Positions 36,082 to 54,199 of a stretch of DNA of 56,860 nt are shown here, one piece after another. Source of the stretch: Perkinsus olseni (lineage: Eukaryota); NCBI GenBank assembly GCA_013115125.1, contig JABANN010000175.1:1-56860 (forward strand). Direction: 5' to 3'. The notes under the pieces are model-generated. The model was given only the letters and a program-made list of their open reading frames with translations, was not told the origin of the DNA and did not search any database. The position numbers and the translations under genes were made by a program. The stretch's first letter is position 1. Every line of letters begins with the position of its first letter.

Positions 36082-39000
36082 TCACTTTCGGGGCGCTTCT
36101 TGCTCCTCTGGTTGGAAGTCTTTATTCTTCTTAATAATAACGAATCCCTCGATAACCTTGGTAACGGGTATGTACTCCTCCGTTGCCAGCTCCGCACGAT
36201 CAGTGCATGACAGCAGCACCTAACAGTTGCACCCGTATACTGATCAATACCGCCATGCCGTAGCTTACCGGGGTAGTGTGAGTTTGGAAGCCGGTGATTG
36301 CCTTTGCCTGCTTGCCAGCGATACCAGTAGTATCCACAGCCTGTCCCACACGAACCTGAGGTCACGGGAGCTGAGGTAACGACGCAATCGTTCCAGTCGA
36401 GGCGTACCGGAACACTGATTGGCTCGGGTTCGCTTCCGTCCTCCTTGTCCAGTAGAGTGACCACCATACGGGGGTATCTAAGGGGAAGGTATCGGGTGGT
36501 GAGCTGTGGGTAGATCGGGCTTACATGCAGGGGACGAGATAGTAGAGCATAAAGTGGTACTGGGAGCCGAAGAGTGTCTTATCGATATTGAGGGCACCGG
36601 CGAAGAGGACCACTAGCATTGAGGCGAGGGAGGTGGGGTTGATGAGATACCGATCACTATGAAGTGGGCTCAGGGATACCAAACCCTTGCCGCAGTACCT
36701 GATACATCGAAATTCATGCAGTCAGTCAGTCAGCAGTCTGACGCTTACAGCATGCCCTGAGCGATTCTCGTAGCGTAGAGTGCATTGGGGCTGTTGGCGT
36801 AGTAGGCAGCCAGCTGGCGCAGCAAGCCGGCCAAACGGGAGTTGTTCGTACCAGCTCCCACGATACCTGAGCACACAGTCCTCGGCGGGACCTACCGGAC
36901 GAGGGCTCACCCATGCTGAGTATAGCACACTCTGCAACCTCGTTATCGGCGTCATGGGACAGTCTCGAGAGTGTGTCGATGATCGTGTATCTACAGCGAG
37001 GTGAGGATGCTCTATGCTCACACCGTGTGAGGGCCACTCACTTCGGGTTACTAGCGAACAACATGGCCAAAGTAAGAGGGACACCTCTCTTGATGGTAGC
37101 AGGACAGTACCTATCACATAGCAATCAAGCACATGATGTCAGTGATGACGACCCTCACTGTAGAATATTGTCCATGGCTCGGACGGTCATCTCAGTGCCG
37201 ATCTCCTCTCCCAAGGCGATGAGACCGATACCGAGGACGCCAGCCACTTGGTAATAGCGGGCGGCGCGCTCAGCAGAAGCTTCCGCGTTATCTGTCGTTG
37301 GTAATCTCCGTACCATATCGTCGACTGCCTTCATGACCCACCTCCAAGCTCCTCATCGTCATCAGGGGTGTTATCCTCAGCCGCAGCTGAGCCATCAGCG
37401 TTGCTGCCGTCCGCCGGCTTGGTCGCGTCCGCAGCGATGTTCGGCTTCTCCGTCAATAAATGCATCAACTCCTACAAAAGCGGATTATCTCCATGGCAAT
37501 CATTATAGCATTAGATGGCATCCATTAATTCATTATTATATACGAATGAGTGGGTATGAAGTATCCCTTATAATCTTTTCCCTTAACTGTATTACTAATT
37601 AGAATCAATAACATAAAACACATATTAACAGCACCCCTTCACTAGAACTAATACAATCCAAGACGAGGGGTACTACCACTACACTGCTGCCCATCACCAC
37701 TTACTTGAACCTTAAGTACATCGCCACTGCCAGCGTACCCACAAGACTTCACGACAACCGTACACAGGTTACCTGACGAAGGCCAAACTGCTGCCACTCG
37801 AGGCGACCGATGGACACTTACGAAGCTTCTCGTCCTTAACGCTCTGCTCTACCTCTTCGAGGAGCTCGTCCACTGGGCTGCGGTCCGGCATGCTCTTATC
37901 CCCTCCCTCCGCTGAGAACGACACCACTCAATGTGGACTGGGCATCAGACCCAGAGGTGCTCACCTGGTAGCACAGATCCGCACTGTAAGTAGAGGATAC
38001 CCAAGGCGACGGCGAAGAAGCATACGAAAACGTCCGATTCCGCCGAGAAGGTGGGTAACTGAGAGTGACAGCTGAGCAGCAGCAGGCTGGGAGCATTGAT
38101 GATCGGACCTCCTGTCTCTCCTGAATGGTGGCCATGATGATGTCCTTGATATCGGTATTACCCGTCCCAACGAAGACCAAAGCCAAGGAGACGGAGGCCA
38201 GGGCAGAGAGGGCCAGGGAACCTGCAGACGATGTGTGCGGTGGTACTGTAGGGAAGTGCGCTCACCAGCCTCGGTATCAACAACTATGGGAGTGAGGTTC
38301 TCTGCTAGGTCCTCCCGACGCGATCCAGAGTAGGCAAAGCCAAGGCCCATCACTGCTGCCTGAACGACGGTCACCGAGGCTGAGCGTGGCTGCTATAGAT
38401 GGATATTCCTACCATCTTGACAAGAGGCTCGCTGCTGTCCAACTGCTCAGCGAGGAGAGCCCAGGCAGGGTCCACGTCCGAAGTGACTCCGGTGGAGGCC
38501 AGGCCGAACCCCAGCATGGCACCCGCCTTCACGTTGATGTTCTCTGACCACTGATACCTGCAGTGAGCACTCATCCCGCACAGGTTCGAATTCCAGGAGC
38601 TTCTCGTACTTATCGATCTGTGCGAGACCTTCATCAACATCCCAGAGCATGATCGAGCCCAATGATGCAGCTGCTGCCAACATGCCTGAAAGAAGGCGGA
38701 GCGAAGCAAGTCACCATCCGCAGTTTTCATCCACCGCGTTCACCTCTATCCTTATTCTTATACAACCATTGACTGCCCTCTACGGTCATCAGCTTGTCCG
38801 TCCCAAAGCCCACATTAACCAGAGCGTTCACGTAGGTCGAGGCCAAGTTCTGCTTAGCCGAGTCTATCACCTATCCGACAGATCATCAGGAGGCGAGTGA
38901 GAGCCCTTTCTACTACCGCTGTAGCCGGATTCCTCCCGCGTTCTTCGAGATGGGTCTTATAAACATCCTCTGGAGCCTTGGCTGAAGGGAACAGCAGTAG

Positions 39001-40900
39001 CGTTGGTGATGACAATAGCAGACGAGCCACTCGAAGTGGAGCAGTAAACGCCCCCCTACTACCCTCGACAACATCCAGGTCCTTAGCAAGATTACGGTAG
39101 GTACTTGAGAGGCTCTCATTGGAAAGAATGGATATCTGGTCAGAGAAGGTTACCTTCTACTCGACTACACCAAGGCCTACCAGGTCAGAGTCCTCGTCCT
39201 CATCCAGGCCTAGTTCCTCGGCAGCCTGCAACGCTCCGCCGCTGGCTCGTCCTGACGATCGGGCATAGATGTAGCACATCTGTCGGGCTATCGACCTGAT
39301 GCAGGGAAGGTGTGGTACTAGATACCGAGCTGCATCACTGACCTATCCTCCTTGATATCAATGGCAGCCTTCATGGTCTCGCGGACTCTACCGAAGTTGT
39401 TCATCCTCATGGCTATGCTGAGCAGGGCGGACATCCGACCCAGTAGCGGAAAGGAAGCTTACATGAGGGCATTGGGAAGGTCTTTCATCTCAGTGAAGAT
39501 CTGGTAGGTCACGTTCAACAGCACTCGCCTCTCCTCAGTGTTAGCGGCGAGATGAGCCAGGCCCACAAGGTACTGGCAAACCCTCGGAGCCGTCACGCTG
39601 TCCACCAACTGAACACAGGCCGCGTACTCAACACCCGTACAGCCGCTGCAGCTGGATCATCACCTTGGGTAGCTTCTCGATGCCGTCAGTCTCGGCCAGG
39701 AGATCCACTGCCTCCGTCTCCGCACTGTGGCTCATGTTGTAAGGCACCTGCGGGAGGGGAGAGGGTCGGGGCCAATCCTGCCCACTGGTCATATTACGAT
39801 TTGATCCACGAGAGTTATGAGCTCCGTGACGTCCTTGCCGTCAGCTATGCGGCTCTGATACTCGGCGGAGATCTCGCCGGATATCGTCCTGATACAACAA
39901 TAGTCATGGTCGCGGACGGTCGCAGATGGAAGGATATGAGGGCAGAGGGGAGACGACAATTCAGCGTCCGTAGTACCACAACCGACGCCCACGGTAGAGG
40001 CCGCGATGAAATTTATGGCGGTGGAATATGGCGAGTCTGTCTCGCCACCTCCCCAGTACTACTTCATAAACTCCATGCCCCACTTAGTGATGTCCTTGTT
40101 GGTACCAGCCAGACGGTATCGAAGAGTAGCTCCCTTCTTAACATGGCCCACGCCAGGGTGCTCAGCCTTATCCGCAGCACCGCTGCCCTCGGCTTCCTTA
40201 GGAGCAGCTTCTTCGGACGAGACTACCGAAGCAGTGGTAGCTTCATCAACCTTCTCGTCGCCGACGTGCTTCTTCTCTCGCGATTTCTCCACGGGTATTG
40301 TTGTGGAAAGAACCTAGCAGGTCAGATCAACCAGTTGGCATCATAAGCTAGTCATCCCGCAACCCAGGTTCGACCCCAACGTACTGCAAGGACATCCGCA
40401 AGCTCCTTCTTAACCTCACTATCGGGCATCGCCTCATAGGCCGCGGCTAGGGGAACGAAATGCGCCCTCAAGAACTTCAATGGCTTCGGCACAGACGTCA
40501 TGCTGAAGCAGATGACACTTCCCCATCCACGCCCTCTCTGCAAACCTCACCTGCTGGTCGCGGACCTCATCTCCTCACCGATCGCTTGGATGGCTCCTTG
40601 AACGTCTCCAGACCTGACCGAGCACGATAGTGGAGCGGCGTGGGGAATCGGTCGCGTACCCTGTTGTGATGGTATCGACCTGCTTCTCCAAGAGGGTCTT
40701 CAATTGCTGGTCCTCTTCGGACTACACACAGGGACTTCAATGAACCATCGACCGACTGTGGTCTTTACTACCAGTTCTTTTTCAGCCTCCAGCTTGCGCC
40801 TCTTCTCTTCCATCACACGCCTCCTTTCCTTAGCTGCTCTCTCTGCCTCGTCCGCCGCATGAAGGGCTTTCTTATTATCACCACTGCCACCGCCGGCCAT
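36082..40900 (-). CDS. RPN1: 26S proteasome regulatory subunit RPN1/PSMD2, multi-exon
   Basis: [90 protein letters not shown]. Confidence 0.96.
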
Positions 40901-41378
40901 TGCTATTGTATGACGAGCGAGTTCAAAAACACAACTTAGCGAACCGCGGCAGTGCGACACCTCCCTTCCCCCTTCCTAAAACCCAAGGCCAGAGAAGGCC
41001 AGAAACATTCCCATGCCACACACGAACACTAACGGCGTTCCCGACCAGTCCATCTTCCCGAAGTCGAGGGCTGGCCGAAGCCTCTGCCGGGAGCCGTTGG
41101 GTTGTATACCTGGTGAGCACGCTTGCCGTCGAAGGAGCATATGCTTTGGACGCACTGTATAGGTCCCGCTGACCCTCTCTGGTGTAACCCCGTAGGGCCA
41201 TCGCTTGCTGATCTGTTGCCTGACCTGAATGGTGAATATCATTCATAGCGGAGCGACGCAGATAACAAGGAAACTCTGTTGCGCGGTCTGCCAACCTCTC
41301 TCAGACATTAAGAGCGCCTGTGCTCAGTAGTCCCAAAGACACAATTCGCGAGAGCATCAGATAGAGCCCGGCCCTCCA

Positions 41379-42720
41379 CTAGGTGACGACTATCCGATGA
41401 TGATCGAAACCAGATCCTACCGGTACAGGCTTCCCGAAGTTGGCAGGCGGCGGCTTCACCAGATGCCGCGTGTACCTAGCATTTAACTCATACCCGGGAA
41501 TAGGAGGCGTGGGGCTATTACTACTACCTGACTAGCTTGCCGGTTTGAGGATGCTTCACGTTACGAGGCCGATAACGGTGTCGCCATAGCCTCTGCTGAA
41601 GCATCCACTTCACTTTATCGCCATCAACAGCGATAGCATTGACCGTCTAAAAACTTGAACCTTCTTCGCAAGCACCATCATCACCATGCTACCTTAGAAG
41701 GGTCCTTCAGTGCCATGTAGTTGAATCTGACCAGCCTCAACCCCAGCTGTTTCACAACCCATTTGTATAGCTCGAAATCCTTCGTGAAGAGAGCCTTCAT
41801 TACTCTATTCCCTACCACAACTTCTCCTAAAATTCCATACCATCTCATCGTCAACACCTACGTCTGCACAATGCCATTTTTATGGCCTGCTTAGCTCGAG
41901 TATTCCTCTCCTGCACGATGTTAGTAGCACGCATGTTCAGTATCCTCTCCGTCAAGCTAACATCACCACGCCTACCCCACCTGCCGCCACCCGACCCTAC
42001 ATCGCGATTTTCACAGGGAGGCTACCCGTGTCGAAGGCCGACCGTTGGAACTTCTGTAGCAGCTGGTATCGGCGGAACCTGTTGACCGCCATCAGCAGCA
42101 TGCCCACCCCTCATTGTTCCATCATACTTCGACACTTGTTTCTCAGAGGCACAAGCGAGCGACAAAGTCTGCCGCAGCTCAGCCGGGGCAGCACTGAGAT
42201 CGTCCTCACTGAGGTTGTACCTGTCACCTTGTCCTAGCCAACAGTCCCCCTACATGGCCCTACACATAACCCGCTGGCCTTTGTGCTCTCATCAACAGGA
42301 ACTCCTTCTCCGCCGAAATCTGTCAACAAACCCCTACCAAGCTCGCTGCAGATCCCAGTAATCCTACCTGGAACAGTGTCTTTATGGGAGCGCATTTCTG
42401 AGCCCTGTTCCCTGTAAATCGATGGTACTCCAATTTCGGCAACTGGTACTTGTAGGGCATCGGCCCTTGATTCGGCGGCAAATTCACTTTGAGATAGGGG
42501 TTCTTCGGAAATAGATTTTTCTTCTTCAACTTAATCTTCGCGAATCCACGCTTCTGCAACAACACCTGACCTCCGCTCCCGGCTGAAATAACAGAACTCC
42601 CGCCAAAGACGAGCTTCGACCTTGGATACTACCATCCCGTAGAAGCAGAGGCCTCGGCACCGTACACAGGAAAGAATTCATCATGGAAAGACGAGCAGAA
42701 CCCCTACTGAACTCCGTCAT
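41379..42720 (-). CDS. Mitochondrial ribosomal protein uS15m, multi-exon
   Basis: KFQRSAFDTGSLPVKIA|LTERILN...RRNRVMKALFTKDFELY (S15 core). Arg/Ser/Leu-rich presequence-like N-terminus. Confidence 0.8.
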
Positions 42721-42911
42721 GTTCCTCACTACAACACAACTAAACGCCGAAAACACGTGGACATCCTCCTCACGTCAAACAGGACGTCACTATCATCGGT
42801 AATGGTACTAGTCTGTATGGTATCGTCAACTGTAACACGATTGAATTGAGAAGAGGAGAAGCTAGACAAGGGAGGGGGCGGCAGGTGGTGGGAATGATAT
42901 ACAGATATTCC

Positions 42912-44041
42912 TTAACACTCTGTGCCACGATGCTTCATCTCGGACGGGGTTCGCCTTGACGAGGGCATTGGCTGCCCGGCTCTAAGCAACGCAATTGATA
43001 ATGAAGACCCAACCCTCGACCCACTAGTACCAGCCCATACGCCAGACTCTCTTGGAAGTCCATGAGGGTCGCTTCTTCGTCTGCCACCATGCGCGTCCAA
43101 TGGGCATGCACGGCCATGCAGGTGGCTGTGAAGAGGTCCTCGAAGGCTCCTGCCGTCAAGGCCATCGCCGAGGCGAAGACCTTCCTTTCGTACTCAGAGG
43201 AAAGCACGCTCTCCTTAGTGACGGGAGAAAAACCTAATTTGAGACAGACTAGCCAGGACTGCGGTAAAGGCAATAGGCCAGCCTACCATCGACCATACGC
43301 AGATAATGAAGCAGCATAAAGTGAACGTTGATGGCAGTAGCCGCGAAAGGGTAGTGGAATCTGTTGGAAGCCCCTCCACCATAACCATCACTGCCAGCGA
43401 CCATCTCTCGGAACTCCTGCCATCAAAGCACAGGGTCATTGACCTCCACCACAAGCCCTTCCCCAGCCTACCGGGCCGTATGCTCTCGCAGCCTGTACCA
43501 TACACAGCAAGGCGTGAGGGCCCGTCCGGAAGTCGGTACTAGGACGGCCACTTTGGAAGCCCACAGACTTCCACCGCTCATCACGCGGTAGGTCGGGAGC
43601 CGTGGAGCCGCCAATGGTGACGAGGCCCCACCACTCGAGAAGGAGTGCACTCATACTATCCTCACTCAAGGCGTTGTCCACGGCAGCGCTTCTGGTAAGG
43701 TCCGCTAGCAGACCCTCTTCCACCGGCGTGAGGGGTGGATAGGGCCTGAGGGAGGCCATCCACCTCCTCAACCGGTACACAGCGGAGTCGAGCCAGTCCT
43801 TTATGTAACGGCAGAAAGATGAGCGCGCAGGATATTTCCGCGAGGCGCAGCAGCACCTCTCCTTAAAGGCTGTGGGGCGGCCAAGGCACCCACAGCTCGC
43901 GATGGTAGCAAAGATCTCGGGCGCTGAGCTTGGGTGACTTGGCTGGGTTAGTGAATCGTCCATAGCCTCGTAGTGTGCTTGTGAAGGGACTGTGGACGCT
44001 ATAGTGCCGCCCGAGGGAGAGGGAAGCGGCGGAGAAGGCAT
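42912..44041 (-). CDS. ELMO/CED-12 domain protein
   Basis: RWKSVGFQSGRPSTDFR matches the ELMO WxxxGFQxxxPxTDFR motif. The 3' end is approximate. Confidence 0.85.
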
Positions 44042-44354
44042 CGCTGAGGTAAAACCAGGAACCAGAAGGAACTGCTGCGACGATTCAAATGCTTCTTCGA
44101 AGACAGATTCGGTCGAGTGCGGTCATGATCCACATCGCTCCGCTCCCAAAATTTGTATATTTACACATTTTGACCGTCGCGCGCCACGAAATACTCCAAA
44201 CTGCCATAACAAGAAGACAACCATTGGAAACGTATGGGAGGAACGTGTTGAACTACTGCTGTTGCTGTCGTCAGTGCCGCCACGCCGTGGCGATAACAGT
44301 GGAGGATTGGATGTAGCAGTAGCAGTATTATTATTAACAATGGACGTTGGATGA

Positions 44355-47965
<3,611 letters not shown>

Positions 47966-48333
47966 GACTGTACAGTAGACTGTGTCGAGCAGCAACCAAA
48001 CGCAACTATCAATACCACACCTTTCCCGCCTTCCAGCCCCCAACCCAATGCTAATGACTTCGCAAAACTTACGCAGAGTACGCAAAGTCGGCTGCGAGGC
48101 TGCTGCTGCTGCTGTTGCTGTTATTGATCATGCTACTACGGGTACTAATGGCCGGGCGTGACAGATTCCCACCTTGGCGCCCCTCCTCCATCCCTGCCGA
48201 CGTCTGTCGTGGCTGTTTTACCAATAATAAAAGTGTCAAAAGTTATAATGAATATCGATAATAATACTGAAACTCTGCCGTAACTACTACACGACAGCCA
48301 CCCCGATACGTCACCATCATCAGAGTGTCGGCT

Positions 48334-49541
48334 CTACCGATCGATGGCCATGGAGAAGCTGTACGGGAACCAGGCCGTTGACCCTGTCTGAGGGTGGGGG
48401 ATATCCTAACAACAACATGAACATCACCCGAGCACAACCCACCCGCCGCCGCTCACCCTCCAGTCCTCGTCCACTCTCATACCCGCAGCCCACCCACTAG
48501 CGGTGACTTCGAGCACTCTTACTACATCACCGGCACACAGGTCAAGGAAGCCGCCAGGGTTGCCAACACTCATGGTCTCAGCATCGGGACTAAGGTAATG
48601 AGCACCATAAGACAGCCGTATCGTCAACAACCACCGCCCCTACACAAAATCATGAACAATACGCCTGTACTCATTAACGGCTCTAGTGTCCGCCTCCGGA
48701 GCCGCCTGCTGCTGCTGAGGCTGATAGTGATGGTGATGCTGCTGTTGGTCCTGCTGTGGCGGCATAGGCCTCGAGTACTGATTGCTATGGGCCGCTGTCG
48801 TCGCTGCAGCAATCGCCTCGAACTCCCTTCGACGTCTCGAAGCCTCGTCGCCGTAGCCACTAGACTGACCAACACCATTGTGGTAGTGCTGTGGGGGTGG
48901 ACCACTATTGAACTGGTGACCACTGCCAGCATCAAACCCTGGCTGGTGATGCTGCTGCTGGTGGGGTGGCATGGAGTGATCGTAGCCATAGGGCATACGG
49001 TCGGGGTAGTGGGTATACTCACGATGCTGCTGCTGGAGATGGTAGGGCGGTTGGGGCTGGTGATGATGGCCCATCATAGGCCCTTCTGGCGGGGTGTTAT
49101 CCGCTCGTTGGTCATAGTAGAAGCCTTTACCATGCATAGCAGTATGAACCTACAGAAGGGGCTACATTGTCGGAGGGTGGCAGTAGTAGCTCCTCTCACC
49201 GAAGCACCATACGCTGGTTGTTGCTCCTGATGCAGCAGCCGATGATGATGCTGTGGCTGGTCCTCCAGCCCTTCCTGCTGCTGCTGCACTGCCGGTGGTG
49301 AAGGGAATGATGCTCCGAGCCCCACAGGAGGATGCTTGAGAAAGTCCAAGGTGTTGGCAGAGGACTGTCTGTCGGTGGTGTCCTCGAGGTCCCCCAATCT
49401 GCTCAGGGGAGTGGCCGGCGGTTTACTCCGTCTACTGGTCCTGCTAGTCGGTGACCAATCGCTAGGCGGCGGGGGCGGCAGTGTGCCAGACTCCACCATG
49501 CTAGAGTTATTGCCACCAGGCAGGGTATCATTCTGTTCCAT
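48334..49541 (-). CDS. Gln/His/Pro-rich protein with a C-terminal SH3-like domain
   Basis: FLDLCAGDVVRVLEVTASGWAAG...AWFPYSF. Low-complexity N-terminal exons. Confidence 0.65.
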
Positions 49542-49715
49542 CGCTATCGCCTCGCTAAGGACACAACAACAGCGTCGGGCGAACATCAGCAGTAACTCTC
49601 CGGTCAATAAAGTAATTCTGATACTCAGAATCGATTCAGAATCGACGATTCTGGAATTGATTTTCATGCGTGGTTCGTCGAACGACCCCCAACCACCACC
49701 GCCCCACCCGACTTA

Positions 49716-51371
49716 CTACACCCTAGGAGCACTGTTCTTCAGTTGCCCTTCCACAGCTGCTGCTATACTTGCCGCGGCTTCAGCCATCCCCGGTCCTACT
49801 GGTATCGGCGGACCGGGTACTGCCGCAGCCGATGCCGGGTCCGTTCGAGTAGCTGCTGTCGTTGTGCTATCGCTCGTTATTTCCACATTATTATGCTGCT
49901 GCTTCCGGGCGGCGCTGCGGTCACTGGTCGGAGATATAACTTTGTCTCTGGCGGAGGGGGAGATGACACTGGCGCTATTATTCCCTGCGCCAGCCGCCGC
50001 CGCCGTCCCGGTGCTCCCGCCTGTCGCTGACTTGTTGCGGACCACCGATGCAAAGTCCGCCCGAGGAGCCATCTGGTCTCGAACGATCTCCTCAACCTGC
50101 TCCAAGAGTCGCGGAAAAGTTGGTATGGAAAAGTCTTTCCCCACCTTACTACCTGGCACTGGTGTATATGAGCCGCGTACTCCGATATTGTCCCCTGCCA
50201 TCTGCACTCTATGCCGAGTGCTGTCTTCACAAGCTCGCTTGGAGGATTCACGCTCTGACTCCCTGCTACGTCCCCGCTACTCTTAGAAGCAGTAGAAGCG
50301 CCATTGGGCACCGCGTCATCAACCACGTCATTAGCAGCAGCAGCCGCCGCCCTTTCCGCCAAGTAAAGGGGTGATATAAAGTTAACTGGATGATGCTTGC
50401 ACCTAAGGCGACGTGCTGGAAGGTCGGACGGCTATACGGCTGGTAGGGAGATTACCTCACTCGAGTTTGCCGGTACTCTCTCAAGGTCTTCTCATCGAGG
50501 CCCCCAACATCACTCCTGGCTAGTCCATGGTTGCAGCTGTGAAAGTAGCACAAAATCGGTGATCGAACGAGCAACCGGGTATCACTACCTCGGACACGGT
50601 ATGCTAGTGACTGGCTTATTCTTTTGTTTCGCTGGTATCGTAAAGCGCTCCTGGCAAGAGAAGACGGACGATCATCACACAACGATAACCCAATCGATAA
50701 GACGGTGATGGACTCGGTCATGGAACGATACTCAGTCAACCACAGGCTCACGGGGAAGGGGGGCACCGTACTACTACTACCATATGGGCTTGGAAACAGT
50801 TGCGACAGAAACGGTGTCTGCAGGGCCGAGTCTGTATCGGGTCCTTCAGCACATTATTGCATCTACCGCATATACAGTGGGATAGGTCGGCCTTCTCGCT
50901 ACAGTCATTAGGAGCTGGCAAATTCACCAGCTGATACCTGTCCAGCAACCACTATCACAAGTCTCATGAAACCCTAACCTCACCTGTGGATGACGGTATC
51001 CGAGCTTGGCCCTGACGGCCGGCTCGCCGCCGGCCACGCACCCTTGACACCAGTTCCAGTGGAACCCGACCCAGCGGAATTTGTTGCACCGCCGGGAGTG
51101 CTTCCCTTCTTGCCAGCTTGCGATGCGCCTGATCCCCCAACCATGCACCTTCCCTTCAGCCATCGCCCCTACTATGCGATGGCGCTGTGGCCGAAGAGCT
51201 GTTACCAATGAACGCTGAAAGGGTGCTCGATGCAGCTTGGGGTAATGCATGGCCTGATACCGTCATCACTGGCCCCTGAGACAAAGGTGGGGCCTCAACC
51301 GTTTCCTTGGTACGGCACACGGTACCGATCTGGGCGGCGGAAGCTTCCTTATCTCGTCGTAGCTCCTGCAT
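49716..51371 (-). CDS. RING-HC (TRAF-like) zinc-finger protein, multi-exon; may be the 3' part of the upstream gene
   Basis: CICGRCNNVLKDPIQTRPCRHRFCRNC, and later CRWQGTISEYAAHIHQC (TRAF/SIAH-type finger). Confidence 0.65.
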
Positions 51372-51399
51372 GACGCTATCTTGGCCTGAAAAAGGTTAT

Positions 51400-53026
51400 T
51401 CATTCTAGCGGAGCGAAGCAAAAGTGTACCATCTCCTCGGTCGAGAGGCCTCCTTGTGGCGATGCATTCGGATGAACGTCATACATGTGCAAGTGCGCTA
51501 TTGGGCTCGGCTTCCGCTCCTTAAAGGCGTTGACGCACTTGGAAGGACCACAGCCCGATTTGTCGTCCGCTATGCATAAGATGAGCTGACAGAAGGGGAG
51601 GAGGGTAGCGGGGGTCATTGCGAGCACCAACGCTCTTTATACTCAGCAGCCTGCGATAAAAATTCCGGAACTTCCTACAACTTCATCTGAGGTGACTGAT
51701 GACAAAGGAAGCCGGAAGGTTATATATAATCCTTGGATGCACCGGTAATTGTGGTTTACTCGTAGAGCTACACTGTGCAATATATGCAGACACAGGTTCG
51801 AGCCCCCGTACCTACCTTTCCCGTATCCACAAGTACTTGCAGCATCTCCTGCGGTTTGCTAACATTATTATTCTCCATCCGCAGCCACGTCGGTTGATAG
51901 CTGAGAAGCATCAACCGCCCTCCTCCTAGCCTCACCACCCCCTCCCTACATTTGTGACTTGGCTTGCCAAGGATACGCATGGTTGGGATGCAGCGAGAAG
52001 GTCATCAACAGCTGCATGATGCCTCGCTCTGACCACAGGAGCAGCTGCCCAATCACCCCTTCACCAAATTTCATCACCAGTTATCCTATTATTAGACAAG
52101 TGCAACTCTTCTATCGCCTCACTCTGGTCTGCCAGCATCTGCGACAGTCGACACACCGCCACATCGTCTATCAAGTTGCGATAGAGTCGGAGTGCCTGAG
52201 GTAGCATCTTGACTTGACCAAAACCGCTCCGCTGTCCTCAACCTCACCTTGCACTGGACGTTATGGTGCGCTAGAGTGTTCAGCATGATGATGCAGCCTG
52301 GTGATGTTAGTTGATTCTCAGCTACGAGGGACAGCAGATCTCGCTGGATCGGCAGCTCCCGCCCTTACCAAGCTCCACATTAGCACAAAGTCTGTACCGG
52401 TAGACGAAGGTGGGGTCACTCGTTGTCGGCTAAGCAAGAGACATCCAGGTCACTCAGGCCACAGTAAATATACTTTACGTATAGTGACACAGCTCCATGG
52501 TGGAGGCCTAAGGCCTACGGCAATAGCGATACATTTAAACTGACTTTTGTTCGTACCAGCACAGGCCTTTACGATCATCTGACGCCTAGGTACCAGTGAG
52601 CTTGAACTATGAGCCCGCCTCAGCACGCCGCCCCACACCTTCCCCTCAGTCCCTCATCTACTACCCCCGGATTGGAGTCCCTGTACTCCTTCTTATGCTC
52701 CTGCAAGAACTGCTCCAACGCAGCGCTCGCATCCTGGGCCAGTGCTCGGTCCACCCCGAGACGCTTGTTATTCAACTGATAGTCAACACATAAAACAACC
52801 TCCCTCGGACCATTGCCTCTCCCCGCCCTACTACCCTCACAGTGAGCCAATAGGTGCCATCGGGCTTGGTAGGGGTTATATGGAAGCAATTACGCCACTT
52901 AGAATCCCCTTTACTGTTGCTAGTCCCCGGCCCCTTTGCATGCAATGGTGAGTATCCGACTCCACCACTACTACCATGGTGATGGTGATGACGATGTGTT
53001 GCTGATGATGATGACGAAGAGGCCAT
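51400..53026 (-). CDS. Hypothetical protein with LRR-like segments, multi-exon
   Basis: Exons give NVEL...NQLTSPGCIIML, LRLYRNLIDDVAVCRLSQML and WLRMENNNV. Start is MASSSSSSATHRHHHHH. Confidence 0.5.
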
Positions 53027-53249
53027 GGCCCTTGGGTCAACGCTCTTCGTAGGACAAGTAGAAAGCCGGCCAGCTGGTGGAAGTACCCAGACCCAACTCT
53101 TAGACCGCCTTCCCAGCACCTTCCACGCTCCTGTATTATCCACTATGGACGCAAGCCAGATACGAACCAGGAAACCTCCTCAAGTGCCAACACTCTGCCC
53201 CACACAACCACGACCACCAAAAACTGATTCACGGGATACCGCCCATATC

Positions 53250-54099
53250 TCACGCCCCCTTCTGCACTGCCTTGAGACTGTCCAACAACACCTACCACAC
53301 CAAACGCAACTCTTGCGCCACATACTCTCTCCCCAACCTCCCTACCATGCGGCGCTCGAACAGAGCCCTTGCCCTCCTGTCAGCGATATCTTGGGCCAAC
53401 AGGGCACTCTGAACCAGCAAAGTCCAGTCCAGTGAGCTCCCATCGAGTACCGTACATTGGTGGCATCAGCCTGCTCCTTAACGATGCTCTGTCTGCACTG
53501 GTCAAAGGCCTTGAACTCAGCATCACACTCCTTATCGACAGTAGGGGAGGCGAAGTTACTCGAGAGGCATCGGAAGAACGTCATTCCTAAAACAACATCT
53601 ACCTATGCTACCACTCCTCCACCAACTCCTACCAGCAGGGCGGCACTTGTGGTCGTTGTCAGTGGCATTGTCGAACATGCGAGTGTAGGTATCGGCCTTG
53701 CGCTGCTTGGCGTCCACCGACAGCTCTTCTCCACCCAGTGAAGGACGGCCCGCCACTATGTCGGACCACATCACCTAAGGACAATTCCCTCATCACAACA
53801 CCGCTCCGCCTCCCTCTGTACCTTCTCTCGAACAGGGATGTCCTCAGGAGCGTTGTTGCTGAGCCCCGTGAAGTTGTTATCGTCCAACTCCTTCTTAATA
53901 GCTAATCCCCGCTCCATCCGAAAACGACGAGTAAGGAACCACTCCTGACAATAGCCAGCATCAAACTAAGATTCCTCTCCCCTAGTTCCATAAACCCCAC
54001 CTTCAAATCCCTCTCTATGCCATTGAGCTCCGACGTAACATAAGCCTGATACTTCTCATTCTGACTGGGGACGTGGTTAGAAGCAGCAGCAGCAGACAT
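53250..54099 (-). CDS. Twin-CX9C protein resembling myzozoan ATP synthase subunit ATPTG8
   Basis: ELNGIERDLK, NFTGLSNN, VMWSDIVAGRP, LSVDAKQRKAD, KCR..GMTFFRCL, CDAEFKAFDQC and ALFERRMVLLD match my recollection of Toxoplasma ATPTG8. Confidence 0.75.
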
Positions 54100-54199
54100 G
54101 GTGTTAAGAAAACTCAAAGCAAGAGTGCTCTTCTATCAACAGCAATACTCAACACCACCCCAACCAACACAAGGCCTCGATGGTCATAACCATAAGATG

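Noticed and set aside
48598-50286. Long + strand ORFs (210 aa and 316 aa)
   Set aside because: Antisense shadows of low-complexity - strand exons.
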